Position numbers and translations under genes: made by a program. Of a stretch of 64,000 nucleotides of DNA, positions 57,742 to 64,000 are shown piece by piece (within the stretch, counting starts at the first letter, position 1; every line of letters begins with the position of its first letter). The notes under the pieces were generated by a model. That model worked only from the letters and a program-made list of their open reading frames with translations, made no database searches and was not told the DNA's origin. This DNA comes from Candidatus Nomurabacteria bacterium (GTDB lineage: Bacteria > Patescibacteriota > Minisyncoccia > Phycocordibacterales > SBAW01), in contig CALRFF010000001.1 in the NCBI GenBank assembly GCA_943356495.1, positions 193,012-257,011 of the forward strand, read 5' to 3'.

Positions 57742-58227
57742 CTAGCGGCAGGTTGCAGCGCCGCCCACGGCGACAATGGCGGCAAAAGTGCCGTTGTTGC
57801 CGGTCGAGTCTACACAGAAGTACTGCCCGGTGTTGAGCAGGCCCCAAACAGCGTAGGAGGTCGCGTTCGGGACGGTGGCCGAGCCGGTCGTCGAGTTAGT
57901 CGAGACGCGGAACGTGATAGCCGTGCCGGTGCTGTTGTTTGTAGCATCGGTTTCGAGCGTCGCCAAGTTGGCATTAGCCGCCGTAACCTTAGTACCGCCT
58001 ACGTTAGCCGCAGAGGCTGCTGCGTAGAGGTCTTGGTATACACCACCAGTGAGGTCAGACTCGAGCTGGACGCGGATTTGGTTGACGTTGGAGACGATGC
58101 GGGCGTCTTTACCCTTGTTGCGGGCGCTGTTAAGAGAGACAAGCACGATGGACGCCAAAATACCGATGATGGCTATAACAACCAAGAGTTCGATAAGAGT
58201 GAAGCCCCGCCCGATAAATTTCTTCAT
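57742..58227 (-). CDS. pilA: Type IV pilin, PilA paralog 1
   Basis: [37 protein letters not shown]-terminus. C-terminal disulfide Cys pair. Confidence 0.75.
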   Translation of the reverse strand: MKKFIGRGFTLIELLVVIAIIGILASIVLVSLNSARNKGKDARIVSNVNQIRVQLESDLTGGVYQDLYAAASAANVGGTKVTAANANLATLETDATNNSTGTAITFRVSTNSTTGSATVPNATSYAVWGLLNTGQYFCVDSTGNNGTFAAIVAVGGAATCR

Positions 58228-58341
58228 ATAGTACTAATATCCAATAAATAAATAATAAGATTGGTTGGACGCCCTTTAGTATAAGCCCCTTCCCTATAGT
58301 GGCAAAACCCCCCTTGTGGATAGCCTGCCTACGATATAGGC

Positions 58342-59556
58342 CTAGAGGTTGCTGGCGGTGTTGTAGATAGGCAGGAGCACCGCCGCAAGGAGGAAGCCGA
58401 CGCCGAGCGCCAGGGCGACAATCATAATAGGCTCGATAAGGGAGACCAAGGTGTCTACCTCGGCGTTGACCTCGCGGTTGTAAAAGTGCGCCAAGCGCTC
58501 GAGAATATTGCCCATTTGGCCTGTCTCCTCGCCGATTTGGATCATCTGCACAAATATTGCCGGTACGTCCTGCGGGTGCGAACCGAGGGTTTGGGATAAT
58601 GGCTGGCCCGCCTTGACCGCCTCGATAGCCTCGCGCAGTATGCGCTCGTAAATATCGTTTTCGACCACGTTGGCGGTTATTTCAAGCGCCCGGACCGCCG
58701 ATATGCCGGAAGAGAGCATGACATGCAGGTTGTCGGCTATGCGCGAAAGGTAGAGTTTGCGGTACAGCTCGCCGACATACGGTATAGACAACTGGCTGCG
58801 GGAAAAAGCCAGCTTCCCCGCCGGCGTTTGTATATAGCGGTAGAAAAAGTACCCGCCTACGATAAAAGCGATGAGCAAAAAGATGCCGTAGTCCACCAAA
58901 AAGTTGGAGAGGTTAAGGATTATCTGGGTATAGATAGGCAGCTCTTGCCCCGAATCGGCCAAAACGGAGCCTATTTTAGGAATGACGACCGTGAGCATGA
59001 GCCCCATAACCGCTACGAAGGTAGCGAGAATAAACGCCGGGTAGATAAGCGCGTTTTTGGCCTTGCTAGTTAGCTCGTAGGAACGGTCTATGTAGTCGGC
59101 TAAGTACAAAAAGGTCTGGTCGAGCTTGCCCGACTCTTCGCCGGAGCGCACCATGTTGACGTAAAAGTCGGAAAAGGCTTTAGGATGCTTGGAAAGCGAC
59201 TTAGATATCGAGTTGCCGCCCTGCAGGTCGTCGCTGATGTCGGTGAGTATTTGGCGCAACACCGGCTTGTCGGCCTGCTCGGCAAGCAGGCGGAAGACGC
59301 GCAATGCAGAGACCTGCGCCTCGAAGAGCGTGGCTATTTGGCGCGACAGCAGCACCAAGTCGCGCGACTTAACCCCGCCAAAAAACGTAATCCCCTGCAT
59401 CGAGGACAAGAGGCCTTTGCCGCCGCTTTGGGTAAAGGCGGTAATGGTAAGCCCGCGGCGCTGCAGCGCCGTAATAGCCGCGTCTTGGTTAACGGCATTA
59501 ACAATGCCCGAGGTGGCCTTGCCGGTTGCGTCTAATGCTTCGTACTTAAATTCCAT
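58342..59556 (-). CDS. pilC: Type IV pilus platform protein PilC (GspF family)
   Basis: Two T2SSF repeats, three TM helices, 404 aa. Confidence 0.85.
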   Translation of the reverse strand: MEFKYEALDATGKATSGIVNAVNQDAAITALQRRGLTITAFTQSGGKGLLSSMQGITFFGGVKSRDLVLLSRQIATLFEAQVSALRVFRLLAEQADKPVLRQILTDISDDLQGGNSISKSLSKHPKAFSDFYVNMVRSGEESGKLDQTFLYLADYIDRSYELTSKAKNALIYPAFILATFVAVMGLMLTVVIPKIGSVLADSGQELPIYTQIILNLSNFLVDYGIFLLIAFIVGGYFFYRYIQTPAGKLAFSRSQLSIPYVGELYRKLYLSRIADNLHVMLSSGISAVRALEITANVVENDIYERILREAIEAVKAGQPLSQTLGSHPQDVPAIFVQMIQIGEETGQMGNILERLAHFYNREVNAEVDTLVSLIEPIMIVALALGVGFLLAAVLLPIYNTASNL

Positions 59557-59562
59557 AGGATA

Positions 59563-60624
59563 TTACAAAAGGCGTTCGAGCACTTTGGGGTTAAGCGCAC
59601 GTGAGTAGGCGCTTTCGGGAGATATTTCGCCGCTGCGCACCAGCTCGGCAAGGGAGCGGTTCATATCTATCATGCCCTCTTCGGCGCCGGTTTCGATAAG
59701 GGTTTGGATTTCGTGGGTGCGCTTTTCGCGGATAAGGTTTTGGACCGCAGTGGTAGCTATTAAGAGTTCATACGCGGGTATTAACCCGCCGGAAATCCGC
59801 GGTACCAAGCGCTGGCTAAAAATACCCGCGAGCGAGGCGGAAAGTTGGATGCGGATTTGCCCCTGCTGTTCGGGCGGGAAGGAGTCGATAATGCGGTCGA
59901 TGGTTTGCGCGGCGTTGTTGGTGTGGAGGGTCGAGAACACAAGGTGGCCTGTCTCGGCGGCGGAGACCGCAGTGGCTATGGTTTCGGGCGTGCGCATCTC
60001 CCCTATCATCAACACATTAACGTCTTGGCGAAACACCGACCGAAGCGCCTGGGAGAAGTCCGCGGTGTCCACGCGCACTTCGCGTTGCTCGATAAGCGAG
60101 CGCTTGTTTTCGAACAAATACTCTATCGGGTCTTCAATCGTCACTATATGCTCGGTGCGCTCGAGGTTTATCTTTTCGATAAGTGCGGCGAGGGTGGTCG
60201 TCTTGCCCTGCCCGACGGGGCCCACCACCAAAAAAAATCCCTGCTTGCGCGTTGCAAATCCTTCGAGCGCGGGCGGCAGGTTAAGCTCCTGCATGGTGCG
60301 TATGACGCGCGGAATAAGGCGCAGCGCAATGCCGATGTGCCCCCGCTCAAAATAGGCGTTGCCGCGGAAGCGGGCTTTGTCGCCGTATGCGTAAGAAAAG
60401 TCGGCCTCTTGTGTCTTTAAAAACGCTTCTTTGCGCTCGGGCACCAGCATTTCGGTTAGAAATCCGAGCATGTCCTCGCGCGTAAGCGCCGGTTCGGACA
60501 CCAATTGGGTAAGCGTGCCGCTGACGCGGATAGTCGGCACCACGCCCTCGCCGCAATGGAGGTCGGAACCGCCTTGGGCAACCAACTGGTCTATAAGTCC
60601 GGTGAGTTTTTGTTTAAAGTCCAT
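59563..60624 (-). CDS. pilT: Twitching motility ATPase PilT
   Basis: 353 aa. Walker A GPVGQGKTTT, Asp box, His box. PilT size class. Confidence 0.8.
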   Translation of the reverse strand: MDFKQKLTGLIDQLVAQGGSDLHCGEGVVPTIRVSGTLTQLVSEPALTREDMLGFLTEMLVPERKEAFLKTQEADFSYAYGDKARFRGNAYFERGHIGIALRLIPRVIRTMQELNLPPALEGFATRKQGFFLVVGPVGQGKTTTLAALIEKINLERTEHIVTIEDPIEYLFENKRSLIEQREVRVDTADFSQALRSVFRQDVNVLMIGEMRTPETIATAVSAAETGHLVFSTLHTNNAAQTIDRIIDSFPPEQQGQIRIQLSASLAGIFSQRLVPRISGGLIPAYELLIATTAVQNLIREKRTHEIQTLIETGAEEGMIDMNRSLAELVRSGEISPESAYSRALNPKVLERLL

Positions 60625-60633
60625 AACGATATG

Positions 60634-62502
60634 CTACACACTAAGCTCTTTGTCCGATGCTTTGCGCGCTTCGGCAACGGCGGCCGCCTCGTCGACGTCT
60701 CCCGCCTCGATGCGCTCGGGCGCGGGCGCCGCAATAACCGGTTGCTCTTGGGTAAAGAGCTCAAACTCGCCGCCGAGCGTGTTAACTTCCTCAAACGGTA
60801 TCTCGCCGCGGGCTGATTTCATGATAGCATCCTCTTTCATCGTAAACATGCCTTGCGCGCGCACAATGCGGAATAATTCGTCCTCGGGTTTGCGGTCCAA
60901 AATAGCGTGCTCGAGCTCGGTGGACATACTAAAAACCTCGAAACATGCGATACGGCCCAACGTGCCCGCCGGACACTCGGGTGTTACCTCCAGACGGTAC
61001 ACTTCGCTTAAGTCGGGCACTTCTTTTTGATATTCGGCCGGCAGGTCGGCGAACTGGTCTTTAAGCATCACCTGCATGCTGCCCTCGACTTTGACCCGCT
61101 TGCCGCCGCCCGGGCACAGTGTGCGCACCAAGCGCTGCGCTACGCCGAGTATGAGCACCGGCGGTATCAGGTACGGCTCGACGCCCATGTCGAGCAGGCG
61201 CGGCACAATGCCGATGGAGTTGTTGGTGTGGATGGTCGACAGCACTAAGTGGCCGGTAAGCGCCGCTTGTACCGCCAACTCGGCGGTTTCGGCGTCGCGG
61301 ATCTCGCCGACCATGATGATGTTCGGGTCTTGGCGGAGTGTGGTGCGCAACCCGTTGGCAAAGGTGTAGCCTATTTCCGGCCGGACTTGGCTTTGCGAGA
61401 CGCCCGCTATCGTGTACTCCACCGGGTCTTCGAGACTTAGTACATTTTGCCGGTCGCGGTCTACCTCGTTAAGCAGCGTGTAGAGCGTAGTGGATTTGCC
61501 CGAGCCGGTAGGACCGGAAATAAGCACCATGCCGTAGGGTTTTTTAATAGCGGCCCTGATGAGCGCGAGGTTGCGGGGGCTAAGACCGATATCATCGAGC
61601 TTCCAGTCTTTGGTTTGCGAGCCCAAAATACGCATCACCACCTTTTCGCCGTAGTAGGTCGGAAACGTCGATACGCGAAAGTCCACCTTGCCGCCGCCGA
61701 CCCGCGCGGAAAAGCGGCCGTCTTGCGGCTTGCGGCGCTCGTCGAGACGCATGTTGGAAAGCACTTTAATGCGCGCGACCACTGCCGCATGCACTTTTGG
61801 CGGGAGCGTGATGTTTGTAAGAAGCGCGCCGTCTACACGAAAGCGTACGCGCGTCTGCTCGGCCATCGGCTCGATATGGATATCCGATGCGCGGCCCTCG
61901 GACGCGTGGCGCAAAATGGTCGCGACTATTTTGGTAACCGGCGCGTCTTCGGTGATGGCGTTGCTTTCTGTCTCGGTAATATCGTCGTTGTCAAAGACCG
62001 ACGACTTTTTGTCGTCTTTTTGCGTTTCTACTTTAACTTCGGTCTCAAGCTCATTAAGTGCTTTGCCGACCTCGCCGGAGAGACCTTTGTACTGGGTAAG
62101 CAGGCGGTCAAAGTCGGTTTGTGTAATAAGAAACAGCTTGTACGGCATCCCTATCTTTGCCGATATAAAAGTCAACGCATCGCGCGCTTCGAGGTTGTCG
62201 GGGTCGGTAATACCGACCTCAAGCACGCCGTCTTGAACCCCTAAAGGAGAAAGGCTGTAGTAGCGTGCCGACTCTTCCGGTATGTAGCGCAAGACATCAA
62301 ACGGCACCGGCTTTTCCCCCAGCTCGCGCGTAGGCACGCCGTAGTAGTCCCCTTTTGTTTTAAGGATATCTTTAAGTGCAACGCCGCTTTTAACCAGCAC
62401 ACTTTCTTCAGTGGTGCCCGGCTTTTTTAATTCCGCGGTTATGTCGGGTATGCGGCTGCGGTCTAGTACTCCACTGTCAGCTAAGAGCGAGATAAGATTC
62501 AT
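60634..62502 (-). CDS. pilB: Type IV pilus assembly ATPase PilB (GspE family)
   Basis: N-terminal GSPII domains, Walker A GPTGSGKSTT, tetracysteine motif (CPxC...C). Confidence 0.85.
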   Translation of the reverse strand: MNLISLLADSGVLDRSRIPDITAELKKPGTTEESVLVKSGVALKDILKTKGDYYGVPTRELGEKPVPFDVLRYIPEESARYYSLSPLGVQDGVLEVGITDPDNLEARDALTFISAKIGMPYKLFLITQTDFDRLLTQYKGLSGEVGKALNELETEVKVETQKDDKKSSVFDNDDITETESNAITEDAPVTKIVATILRHASEGRASDIHIEPMAEQTRVRFRVDGALLTNITLPPKVHAAVVARIKVLSNMRLDERRKPQDGRFSARVGGGKVDFRVSTFPTYYGEKVVMRILGSQTKDWKLDDIGLSPRNLALIRAAIKKPYGMVLISGPTGSGKSTTLYTLLNEVDRDRQNVLSLEDPVEYTIAGVSQSQVRPEIGYTFANGLRTTLRQDPNIIMVGEIRDAETAELAVQAALTGHLVLSTIHTNNSIGIVPRLLDMGVEPYLIPPVLILGVAQRLVRTLCPGGGKRVKVEGSMQVMLKDQFADLPAEYQKEVPDLSEVYRLEVTPECPAGTLGRIACFEVFSMSTELEHAILDRKPEDELFRIVRAQGMFTMKEDAIMKSARGEIPFEEVNTLGGEFELFTQEQPVIAAPAPERIEAGDVDEAAAVAEARKASDKELSV

Positions 62503-62512
62503 AATTCATAGG

Positions 62513-62833
62513 CTATCGTGGCGTCGTGGTACCGATGTTGCCCTTGCCGATCGGTGCAAAGGGGTTGCGTCGGCCGGCGTCTTGGGCCGGTATAGAGACG
62601 CCGAAGTCCGACAGCGAAGCAAAGACCGGGTCGCTAAAGACCGTGTTGTCGAGCCGTATGGTGTGCAGACTATTTAGCGTAATAAGGAGACTCCCCGATA
62701 CGGCGGCTTGGTCTACCGTTGTTTCGGTAAGCGGAGCCGAAGATCCGTTGAAGTACGTTAGGTATACGTAGAGCAGTGCCACCACCAAAGCGCCGCCTCC
62801 TATAGCTGTTTTATTTTTTTTAAGGAAGTCCAT
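62513..62833 (-). CDS. Membrane-anchored hypothetical protein in pilus locus (PilP-like?)
   Basis: N-terminal TM helix, 106 aa. Position between pilO-like and pilB. Confidence 0.35.
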   Translation of the reverse strand: MDFLKKNKTAIGGGALVVALLYVYLTYFNGSSAPLTETTVDQAAVSGSLLITLNSLHTIRLDNTVFSDPVFASLSDFGVSIPAQDAGRRNPFAPIGKGNIGTTTPR

Positions 62834-62836
62834 ATA

Positions 62837-63388
62837 TTAGTGGAGCCAGTAGGTGCGGATAGTCATCGAAAAATCGGTCATATCGGCGGGACCGGAGTAT
62901 TTGAAGCTCAATTTTTCCATATCGACGACGCGCAAACTGTGTTCAAGGTCGGTCAAAAATGCCAAAAAGTTGTCAAAGCTTGATGCAAGCGTAAATCCAA
63001 GTTCTACAGAACCAATCGCGTCACCCGAGGCGCCTATGGCCGCCGCACTGCGCGCCCCCGAAGCGCTTGAGACGCTCCCAAGCGACACATTTTTGAGCGT
63101 CAGGGCATGGCGGGCCGCAATGTTGTTGATGTCTATGATAAGGCGGATGTTGTCGACGTTGTCGGGGAGCATACGCTCGAGCTTTTGCACCTGCTCGGCG
63201 GAAAAGGTGTCGCGCTTAGACAGCAACTCGTCGCGCTTGGCGCGCAGTTGTTTAGAGGTAGACAGTGCCTGCTCGTAGGCGGCAGTTTGCGCGGCAATAG
63301 TTTTGGTCGCCTGAAACGCTTTGTTGGTATAGCCTACAAACAAACCGACGGCTGCTACCAGAAGGAGTATGGGGAGTAAGGATCGCAT
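62837..63388 (-). CDS. PilO-like pilus assembly protein
   Basis: TM anchor, coiled-coil, C-terminal ferredoxin-like domain. Context. Confidence 0.5.
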   Translation of the reverse strand: MRSLLPILLLVAAVGLFVGYTNKAFQATKTIAAQTAAYEQALSTSKQLRAKRDELLSKRDTFSAEQVQKLERMLPDNVDNIRLIIDINNIAARHALTLKNVSLGSVSSASGARSAAAIGASGDAIGSVELGFTLASSFDNFLAFLTDLEHSLRVVDMEKLSFKYSGPADMTDFSMTIRTYWLH

Positions 63389-63392
63389 ATAG

Positions 63393-63992
63393 TTATTGGG
63401 TTTGGGCCGGAGCGGTCAGCTGATTTTTAGAGTACAAGAGTAATGAAGGGTCGACGATGGCATGGACAATAAAAGACACGCGGCCGTCGCCGCCCACGGT
63501 AATACCCGAAAAGATGACGTCTTTTAAGAGCGAGCTCTTGCCGAGCGCGTCGCTCTGCAATGCAATAGTGGAAAAGGAGTCCGCCGTACCCTCTAACTGG
63601 ATAGAGGCCGTGCCGTCGGCGCTTAAGTTGTAGTCAAAACCGGAAAATTGGACCCGTACCAGCGTCCTTTCTGCGAGGTAGTTAAATATGCCTGACGGGG
63701 CGACGTGTTTAGCAAGCACCGCCTTGGACTGCTCGATACGGCTGTCGAGGCGCAGGAGGTCTTGTATGGTCGCCGGGTCAAATGCGCCTTTTTGTATGTC
63801 TAAGTCGGCCTTGTTTTTGGCGAGCTGTTGGTTAAGGAGGCCGGTGTAGGCAAAGACGCCGCCCGCCGACACCAACGAGAGCACGAAGATAAATATCGAT
63901 ATGAGCAAAAACAACCCCACGCCTCCGGTGCGCGCCTTTTGGGCGGTAAGCGCTTCTTTAGGTATGAACGACGTGGAGACCTGAGGATCCAT
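63393..63992 (-). CDS. PilN-like pilus assembly protein
   Basis: Short cytoplasmic N-terminus, TM helix, coiled-coil periplasmic region. Precedes pilO-like. A pilM gene would be expected just beyond the window end. Confidence 0.5.
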   Translation of the reverse strand: MDPQVSTSFIPKEALTAQKARTGGVGLFLLISIFIFVLSLVSAGGVFAYTGLLNQQLAKNKADLDIQKGAFDPATIQDLLRLDSRIEQSKAVLAKHVAPSGIFNYLAERTLVRVQFSGFDYNLSADGTASIQLEGTADSFSTIALQSDALGKSSLLKDVIFSGITVGGDGRVSFIVHAIVDPSLLLYSKNQLTAPAQTQ

Positions 63993-64000
63993 TTCTTTTT

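Overview
This is a high-GC (about 58-62%) bacterial chromosomal window. It is densely coding, mostly on the minus strand, with no rRNA or CRISPR array. The gene content (sortase plus LPXTG substrate, Gram-positive-type type IV pilus genes, PIF1-like helicase) suggests a monoderm, possibly Patescibacteria/CPR-like organism, but that is inference only.

Layout:
- 1-26.3 kb, housekeeping and envelope genes: RNase J, MutY-like glycosylase, RRM protein, sortase and its LPXTG substrate, zur-zupT, a lexA-msrB-PIF1 helicase operon, cyclophilin, ArsR with duplicated operator modules, GH18/peptidoglycan-binding hydrolase, DEAD-box helicase, TypA, and a MacAB-like ABC exporter with HlyD adaptor.
- 26.3-33.3 kb, lower-GC copper-resistance cluster and cargo: csoR-copA-HXXEE-HMA permease-cupredoxin operon with a CsoR-type operator palindrome, then a lycopene-cyclase-domain protein and an ASCH/CYTH pair.
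- 33.3-41.8 kb, a three-gene hypothetical operon followed by a strongly AT-rich (33-40% GC) integrative element: a 406-aa unknown protein, a Rep_trans-like protein preceded by inverted repeats, an Xis-like HTH, an EcoRI-methylase-family adenine methyltransferase, a DUF262(ParB-like)-HNH nuclease and a large serine recombinase whose 3' end overlaps tRNA-Gln.
- 41.8-64 kb, host-GC genes: capA, pyrG, ftsEX, prfB, five further tRNAs, gatCA, ligA, and a complete Gram-positive-type type IV pilus locus (pilN/O-like, pilB, pilT, pilC, three tandem pilA paralogs, pilD, four pseudopilins).

The best candidate for an undescribed system is the methyltransferase plus DUF262-HNH nuclease pair on the foreign element. 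The neighbouring three-gene hypothetical operon and the duplicated ArsR operator module are also worth follow-up.
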